A stretch of DNA of 38,615 nucleotides, from NCBI GenBank assembly GCA_036517255.1, contig DATDXE010000014.1, positions 75,994 through 114,608 on the forward strand, in the 5' to 3' direction. The DNA is from Minisyncoccota bacterium (GTDB lineage: Bacteria; Patescibacteriota; Minisyncoccia; Phycocordibacterales; WO2-35-19). The notes below the pieces were generated by a model, which did not search any database, had not been told where the DNA came from, and saw nothing but the letters and a program-made list of their open reading frames with translations. Position 1 is the first letter of the stretch. Each line of letters starts with the position of its first letter. Positions 1 to 7,589 of this stretch are shown one piece after another. The position numbers and the translations under genes were made by a program.

Positions 1-20
1 ACTATGCTATCATTATACTA

Positions 21-121
21 GGTGAAGCCCTTGGCCCCGGTAAAAAGACCAGCTAGGCGCCTTTCTTGGATTGCTCGAAGTTTCAGGTCCAGGAAAATTA
101 GGACTGGGCGGTTGCTTCACC
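21..121 (+). promoter_or_regulatory. Structured leader or small RNA candidate upstream of ileS; class not identified
   Basis: An 8-bp closing helix joins ggtgaagc (21-28) and gcttcacc (114-121). An internal hairpin pairs ggtcc (86-90) with ggact (101-105). A TATACT -10-like hexamer lies at 14-19. A strong terminator follows directly, and ileS starts at 193. Confidence 0.35.
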
Positions 122-125
122 TACT

Positions 126-159
126 AGCGCGTTCCTTCGGGAGCGCGCTTATCTTTTTT
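126..159 (+). terminator. Rho-independent terminator or attenuator hairpin ahead of ileS
   Basis: A 10-bp stem pairs agcgcgttcc (126-135) with ggagcgcgct (140-149), including one G-U pair. The loop is a UUCG tetraloop (136-139). A T-run follows at 154-159. Confidence 0.75.
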
Positions 160-192
160 GTAAAAAGCCTTTAAAACTGTTATATTTTTGGA

Positions 193-3100
193 ATGTCAGA
201 AGAGTCTAAAGCCAAAAGCAAAATAGCTGAACGAGAAGAAAAAATACTGAAATTCTGGAAGGAGAATAAAATTTTTGAGAAGTCTTTAGAGAAAGTAGCT
301 CCTCATGGGAAGTTTGTGTTTTATGATGGTCCGCCGTTTGCCACTGGTTTGCCTCATGCCGGAAGTTTACTTGGATCAATAATAAAAGATGTCATCCCTC
401 GTTATAAAACTATGCAGGGTTATAATGTGCGCCGTCGTTGGGGTTGGGATTGCCACGGCCTACCGATTGAATCTCTTGTAGAGAAAAAGCTCGAGCTAAA
501 AACTAAGAAGGATATTGAAACCTTGGGAGTAAGTAAATTCAACAAAGAAGCGAGAAATACCGTTCTTCAGTATGCCAAAGATTGGGAGCAATATATTGAA
601 CGCATAGGTCGCTGGGTTGAGTTCGAGAATGCCTACAAAACTATGGACAATTCGTATATCGAATCCGTCTGGTGGGCGCTTTCTCAAATGAATGAAAAGG
701 ATTTGCTTTACGAAGGCAGGAAAGTTTTGATGTACTGTCCGCATTGTGAGACGCCACTCGCCAAAGCTGAAATCGCTATGGACAATTCGTACAAAGATAT
801 TACCGAAGAAGCAGTTACTATTAAATTTCATCTAAAATCTGGTCAAAAGATTGGAGATTTTACTTCAGATGAAAATACTTATCTTCTTGCCTGGACTACC
901 ACACCATGGACTCTTCCAGCGAATGTTGCTTTGGCGGTTGGAGAGAATATTTTATATCGCAGGATTCACGATGCGCCTTTGAGTAAATTTTATTTTGTAG
1001 CGGATGGTTTAGTCACAAGTGTTTTTGGAGAGGATCCAAGATATCTAAAGGCTGAAGTAATAACAGGTGCTGAATTAGCTGGTTTGGAATACGAGCCATT
1101 ATTTGACGTGCCGAAAGTAGGGCAGTCAGATAAAGCATACAAAGTTTATCTAGCCGATTTCGTAAATACAGAAGAAGGTACCGGTGTCGTCCACACGGCT
1201 GTGATTTATGGAGAGGATGATTATCAACTTGGTTTGAAGGAGGGGCTTCCTATGGTGCCACTACTTAACGCTGGAGGTAAATACAACGATGACGCTCCAG
1301 AATTTCTGCGAGGCAAATTTATAAAAAAGGCTGAAAATGAAATAAAAGAAGATTTGGAAAATAGAGGATTACTTTTTGAACGCAAGAATAATACGCACTC
1401 TTACCCACACTGTTATCGTTGCGGTACAGCTCTTATCTACAACGCCGTTTCTTCTTGGTTTATAAATATTCAGAAAATAAAAGAAAAACTTCTGAAATTA
1501 AATGAAAAAATAAATTGGGTACCTGAGCATTTAAAACATGGGCGTTTTCAAAACATAGTTGAGAATGCTCCTGATTGGACGATATCTCGCAATCGTTATT
1601 GGGCCTCACCTTTACCTATTTGGAAAAATGAAAAAGGAGAGAAAATAGTGATCGGCTCGATCGAAGAATTAAAAAAGCACACAAAGAAAAGTGGTAACAA
1701 ATATTTCGTCATGCGTCATGGGCGAGCGCAGAACAATGAGCTCAATATCGCAAGTGGGAAGGCAACAAATTTGCATCATCTCACTGACGATGGCAGAGAA
1801 GCTGTTTTAAAAAATTCTCAAAAATTTAAAGAAAAGGTGGATCTTATCTTTGTCTCACCATTTGTACGTACCAAAGAAACTGCAGAGATAATTCGAGAGT
1901 CCTTGGGCTTGCCAACAGAAGCCGTCATTGAAGATGTCCGCTTGTCAGAATTAAATTTCGGTGAATTTGAAGGCAAGACCATTGATGAGTATCAAAAGTG
2001 TTACCCCAATACGCCAGAGCTTTTCGATAAACACCCAAGCGGCGGAGAAAATGAATTAGATGTTAAGAAGCGAGTAGGAGATTTTCTCTATGAGATTGAA
2101 AGTAAGTTCACGAACAAAAATATTCTCATTATTTCTCATGGAGATCCTGTGTGGATGGCTCAGGCTATAGCCGAAGGGGCAAGTATTCCCAGCATGCTTT
2201 GGATTCTTGAAGAACATTATCCAAAATACGCTGAGATAAATGAACTTAAATTTGTTCCACTCCCTCACAACGAAAATTATGAGCTCGATCTGCACAAGCC
2301 TTATATAGACGAAGTGGAACTTGTGGATGAGAAGGGGAATGAATTGAAGAGGATACCCGAAGTTGTTGATTGTTGGGTCGAATCAGGCTCAATGCCGTTT
2401 GCCGAATTGCATTATCCTTCAGAAAATAAAGAAGAATTCAAATCGCGTTTCCCGGGAGATTTTATTGCAGAATATATCGCTCAAACGCGAACATGGTTTT
2501 ACTATATGCACGTTTTAGGAGTAGCTCTTTTTGATTCGGTTTCCTTTAAAAATGTAGTAACAACAGGCACTATTCTTGCCGCTGATGGCAGTAAAATGTC
2601 GAAATCGAAGTCTAACTATACCGATCCACTAGTTAATCTTGATAAATTCTCAGCTGATGCTTTTAGGTTTTATCTTATGAGTAGCGTGGTGATGCAAGCT
2701 GAAGATCTAAATTTTAGAGATGAAGAGTTGAGAGAAGCTCATAATAGAGTAGTAAATATTTTATGGAACTGCCTTAGTTTTTTTGAAATGTATAAAGGAA
2801 GTTCTGAAGAAGATGTTCAAAAAATAAAAATCAAAGAAAGTGTTTTGGACAGATGGGTTATTTCAAGATTGAACCAGACGATAAAAGAGACTACGGATTC
2901 GCTCGATAGTTTTAATACAGCTAAGGCGTGTCGGGCGATGAGAGATTTTATTGAAGATTTTTCTACCTGGTATTTGAGGCGTTCTCGGGATCGTTTTAAA
3001 AGTGAGAATGCGGAAGAGAGAGGACAAGTGATTCAAACAGGAAAGTTTGTGTTGGGCGAATTTTCCAAAATCATCGCTCCTATAATCCCTTTCATCGCCG

Positions 3101-3663
3101 AACACATACATCAATCGCTCGGTGGCCACGGCGAGAGCGTGCATCTTACCTCATGGCCTAAAGTGGGTGAGATTGATGAAAAATTAATTTCAGATATGGA
3201 GCTGACTCGCGAAGTTGTTTCTGAGGCACTCATGGCTCGCAATGCTGCAGGCATAAAAGTTCGTCAACCTTTGCAGACCCTTAAAATTCAAGATGATAGA
3301 TTGAAAGATAAAAATGAGTTTATTGAATTGATAAAAGATGAATTAAATATTAAAGAAGTTATTTTTGATCGAAATTTAGAAAACGGCTTTTGGCTTGATA
3401 CGACTATTACTCCTGAACTTGCCAGGGAAGGCCATGTGCGGGAATTTATTCGTGCGGTGCAGGATTTGCGTAAAGAGAAGGGCCTGACTCCAGATCAGAA
3501 GGTAGTTTTGCAAGTGGAAACTTCTGCCGAAGGTCAAATTTTCATCGAATCTGCCAAATCCGAAATCTCCAAACCGACCAACCTATCAGAAATAGTTTTC
3601 CAAAACAACGACGGCCCAGAATTGAAAATCGAAAATTATGAATTGAAAATTAAAATTGGGTAA
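193..3663 (+). CDS. ileS: Isoleucyl-tRNA synthetase, type 2 (eukaryote-like), with a nested extra domain
   Basis: FYDGPPFATGLPHAGS forms the HIGH region and GSKMSKSKSNY the KMSKS motif. TTTPWTLPANVALAV is the CP1 editing block. WTISRNRYWASPLPIW and DCWVESGSMPFAELHYP are also present. The 1156-aa ORF is uninterrupted. Confidence 0.95.
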   Translation: MSEESKAKSKIAEREEKILKFWKENKIFEKSLEKVAPHGKFVFYDGPPFATGLPHAGSLLGSIIKDVIPRYKTMQGYNVRRRWGWDCHGLPIESLVEKKLELKTKKDIETLGVSKFNKEARNTVLQYAKDWEQYIERIGRWVEFENAYKTMDNSYIESVWWALSQMNEKDLLYEGRKVLMYCPHCETPLAKAEIAMDNSYKDITEEAVTIKFHLKSGQKIGDFTSDENTYLLAWTTTPWTLPANVALAVGENILYRRIHDAPLSKFYFVADGLVTSVFGEDPRYLKAEVITGAELAGLEYEPLFDVPKVGQSDKAYKVYLADFVNTEEGTGVVHTAVIYGEDDYQLGLKEGLPMVPLLNAGGKYNDDAPEFLRGKFIKKAENEIKEDLENRGLLFERKNNTHSYPHCYRCGTALIYNAVSSWFINIQKIKEKLLKLNEKINWVPEHLKHGRFQNIVENAPDWTISRNRYWASPLPIWKNEKGEKIVIGSIEELKKHTKKSGNKYFVMRHGRAQNNELNIASGKATNLHHLTDDGREAVLKNSQKFKEKVDLIFVSPFVRTKETAEIIRESLGLPTEAVIEDVRLSELNFGEFEGKTIDEYQKCYPNTPELFDKHPSGGENELDVKKRVGDFLYEIESKFTNKNILIISHGDPVWMAQAIAEGASIPSMLWILEEHYPKYAEINELKFVPLPHNENYELDLHKPYIDEVELVDEKGNELKRIPEVVDCWVESGSMPFAELHYPSENKEEFKSRFPGDFIAEYIAQTRTWFYYMHVLGVALFDSVSFKNVVTTGTILAADGSKMSKSKSNYTDPLVNLDKFSADAFRFYLMSSVVMQAEDLNFRDEELREAHNRVVNILWNCLSFFEMYKGSSEEDVQKIKIKESVLDRWVISRLNQTIKETTDSLDSFNTAKACRAMRDFIEDFSTWYLRRSRDRFKSENAEERGQVIQTGKFVLGEFSKIIAPIIPFIAEHIHQSLGGHGESVHLTSWPKVGEIDEKLISDMELTREVVSEALMARNAAGIKVRQPLQTLKIQDDRLKDKNEFIELIKDELNIKEVIFDRNLENGFWLDTTITPELAREGHVREFIRAVQDLRKEKGLTPDQKVVLQVETSAEGQIFIESAKSEISKPTNLSEIVFQNNDGPELKIENYELKIKIG
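1696..2286 (+). other. Histidine phosphatase (PGM-like, branch 1) domain nested in IleRS
   Basis: FVMRHGRAQNN, SPFVRTKETA, LSELNFGEFEGKT and IISHGDPV match the RHG / Arg / Glu / second-His catalytic pattern. The segment lies between the IleRS blocks IGSIEELKK and DLHKPYIDEV. Confidence 0.7.
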
Positions 3664-3674
3664 CCTCAATTTTC

Positions 3675-4217
3675 ATGTATCACAAATACAACACCGAAGG
3701 CATAGTGATGCGGGGCAGTGAAAGAGGCGAGGCGAGTAGAAGTGTAAATATTTTCACAAAGGAGTTTGGTATTATTTATGCCAGTGTCCAAAGTGCTCGC
3801 AGTATCAATTCCAAGTTACGCTCTTCTACCACTGATTTTGCGGAGGGTAACATTACTCTTTTGCGAGGTAGGAATGAATGGAAGGTGGTCGGCGCGGAAA
3901 ATAGGAAGAACCTTTTTTATACTCTAGATTCTTCTCAAAAGAGAGCCATCGCTTCTCGAGTATTTCTTTTGCTTTCCAAAATTACAGGCGAAGAAAAAAA
4001 TACGGATTTGTATGAAATAGTTTCTGATTTTCTTCTCTCTCTTGAAAAGTCGAGTGAGCAGGCAGTCGACGCTGTCGAGCGACTGGGAGTTTTGAAAATT
4101 TTAAAAAACCAAGGGCTTGTGAGTGAAAGCGAGGAGGAATTGGAGCAAATCTCCAAAGATGCAAAACGAGCAATAGTCGTTATAAATAACTCGCTTAAGG
4201 CTGTGTACGAGTCGTGA
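3675..4217 (+). CDS. recO: Short RecO-like DNA repair protein
   Basis: The N-terminal OB-fold pattern TEGIVMRGSERGEASRSVNIFTKEFGIIYASVQSARS resembles the RecO consensus (GE..R, FT.E.G, A.GAR). At 180 aa it is shorter than classical RecO. Confidence 0.55.
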   Translation: MYHKYNTEGIVMRGSERGEASRSVNIFTKEFGIIYASVQSARSINSKLRSSTTDFAEGNITLLRGRNEWKVVGAENRKNLFYTLDSSQKRAIASRVFLLLSKITGEEKNTDLYEIVSDFLLSLEKSSEQAVDAVERLGVLKILKNQGLVSESEEELEQISKDAKRAIVVINNSLKAVYES

Positions 4218-4230
4218 TATAATCGTATTA

Positions 4231-6162
4231 ATGGAAGATTTCAAACACAACGAGCCCTTGGATAGGCTCAAAAGAGGTATATACTCGAGGAAAACTCCTG
4301 ATATTATCGATACTCCACGTTCTCAATTCAAAAAGGAGGAATTTGAAACTCCTCAAAGTTGGGATAGTAAAGGCAACAGCAAGTTCGACGCTCTAGCTTC
4401 TCGCTTTGCCCATGTAGCGGAAAAGCGTCACACTTTTGCCAAGAAATTTCTCACTATTACTGCCTCTCTTTTCGTCATCGCTGTCGCTGTTGCCGTCTAT
4501 GTTTTCTCCGGCGGGGTGAACACCATCTCCTCTAAAAATGTCGATATCGAAGTGGTCGGCCCGGTTTCCGTGGGCGGCGGTCAAAATGTCAGCTTCGATA
4601 TCAAAGCTATCAATAAAAATAATACCGACCTCGAAGCAGTAAAACTGACAGTCGAATACCCTACTGGTGCGAGAAGTATCGACGATCTTTCCAAAGAGCT
4701 CACTAGTCAGAGTTTCAACTTAGGCACAGTAGAATCTGGCGATGAGGGAGTGCAATCAGTCAGCCTTTTTCTTTTTGGTGAAAAGGAGGAAGTCAAAAAG
4801 TTCAACATCGTGGTCGAGTATCGAGTGAAAAACTCCAGTGCTCTTTTTTATAAAGAGAAGTCACATGAGATTTCTATCAGCTCTGCTCCTGTCATAGTCA
4901 CTTCCACTTATCCCAAGGAAATAAATTCAAATCAAAATATTAATTTCTCTGTCGAAGTGGCTTCCAATTCAAACGAAAACATCGAGGATTTTCTTTTGAA
5001 TGTCGAATATCCTTTCGGTTTCACTTTCACTAATGCTTCTCCTAGCCCATCATTCAATAACAATACTTGGAAAATGAGTTTTAAAAGTGGGGAGAAAAGG
5101 GTCATTCGTATTTCTGGCGTTTTGGCTGGCGTCGACAATGAGGAAAGAGTATTCAAAGTCAGTTCTGGTACCGCGAGTCCCGATGACGAAAGGAAAATAG
5201 GTGTCCTCTTTACCTCCACCAACGAATCGATTGTTGTAGAGAAACCTTTTGTCGGCATTGATCTCACGGTCGGCTCTTCTTCAGGTGAGCCGGTAGTTAC
5301 GGGTGTCAGTACAGTGAATGGGGAACTTTCAATAATAAATAATTTGTCCAGCAGACTTTTCAACGTGGGTGTAGAAGCCGCTCTTTCCGGAGGAGCTTTT
5401 TCAGAGAGCTCGGTCTACGCTGGGAATGGCGGCTTTTTCCGTTCAGTCGATGACACTATTTTGTGGGATGCGAGGTCGCTTTCAGAACTAGGTAGCCTCG
5501 CTCCGGGCGAAGATGTCGATTTGAATTTTCGTTTCAATCCTATCGCGTACCAAAGCATTCCTGCTGGTACCTTGTCTCAAATAAAAGTAAAAATAAAAGT
5601 AGTGGGGGAGCGAGTGCTCGATTCCGGCGAGCCCGAGAAAATAGAATTGACCTTGGAAAAAATAGTGCGTCTTGGTACAGAACTTTCTCTCGTTCCCAAA
5701 GTAGTGCGAGTGGAAGGCAATATTGAAAATACTGGCCCCATCCCTCCGAGAGTGGATCAGAAAACTACTTACGCCATCGTTTGGTCACTTGCCAATACTT
5801 TCAATGCCGCCACCGGTGTGGAAGTCATTGCCACTCTGCCTTCATATGTGGAGTGGACAGGGGCCAAAAGTCCGGGGACAGAGGATATAGTGTTTGATCC
5901 TATCTCTCACCAAGTCATATGGAGGGTGCCGCAGATTGTGGCTGGGGCAGGGTACAAAGGTCCTGCAAAACAAGTCGCTTTTCAAGTCGCTCTTTTACCG
6001 AGCGTCAGTCAGGTAGGTACCAATCCTGAAATAATCGGCCCAGTGACAGTGCGAGCTAAAGATAAAATTACGACTATCGATATTTTCTCAAACGCCTCGG
6101 CTCTCACCACTCGCTTCACTGACTCGAGCTTTAAAGAGGGTTATGATAAGGTAGTTCAGTAA
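4231..6162 (+). CDS. Membrane-anchored extracytoplasmic hypothetical protein
   Basis: There is a single TM segment (FLTITASLFVIAVAVAVYVF) after a polar N-terminus. A long beta-rich region follows. No catalytic motif was recognised. Confidence 0.5.
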   Translation: MEDFKHNEPLDRLKRGIYSRKTPDIIDTPRSQFKKEEFETPQSWDSKGNSKFDALASRFAHVAEKRHTFAKKFLTITASLFVIAVAVAVYVFSGGVNTISSKNVDIEVVGPVSVGGGQNVSFDIKAINKNNTDLEAVKLTVEYPTGARSIDDLSKELTSQSFNLGTVESGDEGVQSVSLFLFGEKEEVKKFNIVVEYRVKNSSALFYKEKSHEISISSAPVIVTSTYPKEINSNQNINFSVEVASNSNENIEDFLLNVEYPFGFTFTNASPSPSFNNNTWKMSFKSGEKRVIRISGVLAGVDNEERVFKVSSGTASPDDERKIGVLFTSTNESIVVEKPFVGIDLTVGSSSGEPVVTGVSTVNGELSIINNLSSRLFNVGVEAALSGGAFSESSVYAGNGGFFRSVDDTILWDARSLSELGSLAPGEDVDLNFRFNPIAYQSIPAGTLSQIKVKIKVVGERVLDSGEPEKIELTLEKIVRLGTELSLVPKVVRVEGNIENTGPIPPRVDQKTTYAIVWSLANTFNAATGVEVIATLPSYVEWTGAKSPGTEDIVFDPISHQVIWRVPQIVAGAGYKGPAKQVAFQVALLPSVSQVGTNPEIIGPVTVRAKDKITTIDIFSNASALTTRFTDSSFKEGYDKVVQ

Positions 6163-6203
6163 ATTTAAAGAAGTAAAGATTTAAAGAAGGAAAAATTAAA
6201 AAA

Positions 6204-7538
6204 ATGAAAGAAGAGGATAAATTAAGTAAGATAGTGGCGCTTTGTAAGAGGAGGGGGTTTATTTTTCCTGGCTCCGAAATCTACGGTGGCCTTTCCGGTA
6301 CTTGGGATTATGGTCCGTATGGAGCTGAAATGGCAAACAACATAAAAAATCTCTGGTGGAAAATGTTCGTGACGGATAGAGAGGATATGTATGGGGTTGA
6401 TGCCGCTATCATCATGAATCCTAAAGCATGGGAAGCCTCTGGTCATGTTTCTGGCTTTTCTGATCCGCTTGTCGAATGCGAAAAATGCCACCATCGTTTT
6501 CGAGCCGATCATTTAGAAGACAAAAATACCTGTCCTGATTGTGGCGGAAAATTAGGAGGTGAGAAGCAGTTTAATATGATGTTTAAAACTTTTGTAGGGG
6601 CTACGGAAGACGAAAATTCTGTTTCCTATTTGAGGCCGGAAACTGCTGGTGGCATGTTTGTAAATTTCAAAAACGTGGTGGACAGTATGCATCCCAAAAT
6701 TCCGTTTGGCTTAGCTCAAATTGGTAAAGCATTTAGAAACGAAATAGCTCCGCGAGATTTTATTTTTCGTTCTCGTGAATTTAGGCAGATGGAAGTGGAG
6801 TATTTTGTTCGCCCTGAAGAATGGGAGAAATCTTTTGAAGAGTGGAGAATGGTGATACATTCTTGGATGGAGGCAATTGGTTTAGATAAATCTCACATTC
6901 ACGAATTGGAAGTGAAAGATGAAGATCGGGCACACTATTCAAAAAGAACTATCGATTTTGAATTCGACTATCCATTCGGCAGGAAAGAGTTGTACGGGTT
7001 GGCTTATAGGACCGACTTTGATTTGAAAGCCCATGCCGCCGCTTCCGGTATTGATCTGTCATATTTTGACGAAGATCCGCCAGCCGGCGGAAAAGAGCGT
7101 TTTGTGCCACATGTTATTGAGCCGTCTCTTGGAGTAGACAGGACTATTCTTGCTGTCCTTTCCGATGCTTATACTGAAGATGATCCGCCAGCCGGCGGAG
7201 AAGGAGTAAGAGAATATTTGAAACTGAAACCTGCTATCGCTCCGGTGAAAGTCGCTGTGTTCCCACTTTTGAAAAATAAGCCGGAGCTTGTAGCCAAAGC
7301 CAGAGAAATTTATAAAAGTTTGAAAAAAGAATTTGGGGCAGTGGAGTTCGACGACAATGGCAACATCGGTAAGCGTTATCGCCGCCAAGATGAAATCGGC
7401 ACACCATTTTGCATTACTGTCGATTTCGATACTCTTGAGAAAAATGGAGGCGTCACTGTTCGCGATCGCGACACTGGAAAACAAGAAAGGGTTGCCGAAT
7501 CAGAACTCGTACAATTTTTGAAAGGCAAGTTATCTTAA
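6204..7538 (+). CDS. glyQS: Glycyl-tRNA synthetase (dimeric class II, GlyQS type)
   Basis: RGFIFPGSEIYGGLSGTWDYGPYG, RPETAGGMFVNF, FRSREFRQMEVEYFV (motif 2), VIEPSLGVDR (motif 3) and a C-terminal anticodon-binding domain are present. Confidence 0.95.
   Translation: MKEEDKLSKIVALCKRRGFIFPGSEIYGGLSGTWDYGPYGAEMANNIKNLWWKMFVTDREDMYGVDAAIIMNPKAWEASGHVSGFSDPLVECEKCHHRFRADHLEDKNTCPDCGGKLGGEKQFNMMFKTFVGATEDENSVSYLRPETAGGMFVNFKNVVDSMHPKIPFGLAQIGKAFRNEIAPRDFIFRSREFRQMEVEYFVRPEEWEKSFEEWRMVIHSWMEAIGLDKSHIHELEVKDEDRAHYSKRTIDFEFDYPFGRKELYGLAYRTDFDLKAHAAASGIDLSYFDEDPPAGGKERFVPHVIEPSLGVDRTILAVLSDAYTEDDPPAGGEGVREYLKLKPAIAPVKVAVFPLLKNKPELVAKAREIYKSLKKEFGAVEFDDNGNIGKRYRRQDEIGTPFCITVDFDTLEKNGGVTVRDRDTGKQERVAESELVQFLKGKLS
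7075..7091 (+). repeat. Family B mini-palindrome, copy B1, in-frame in glyQS (encodes DPPAGG)
   Basis: The sequence is atccgccagccggcgga. The same 17-mer recurs at 7183-7199 and 16109-16125, and with one substitution at 35605-35621. Confidence 0.8.
7183..7199 (+). repeat. Family B mini-palindrome, copy B2, in-frame in glyQS (encodes DPPAGG)
   Basis: It is identical to B1 and lies 108 nt downstream in the same reading frame. Confidence 0.8.
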
Positions 7539-7589
7539 AAATTATACTTGTGATAATATCGGAGCAGAACCTTAGAAAGGAGGTTTGCC

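Noticed and set aside
21-121. Possible SRP (4.5S) RNA, because of CAGGUCC...GGAA-like sequence.
   Set aside because: The GGUCC hairpin is not at the apex of the long closing helix. Its loop is 10 nt rather than a GNRA or hexaloop. The conserved GGAAGCAGC 3' side is missing. A resemblance to ykkC-type motifs (CUAGG, GGUCC.AG) was also too partial to call.
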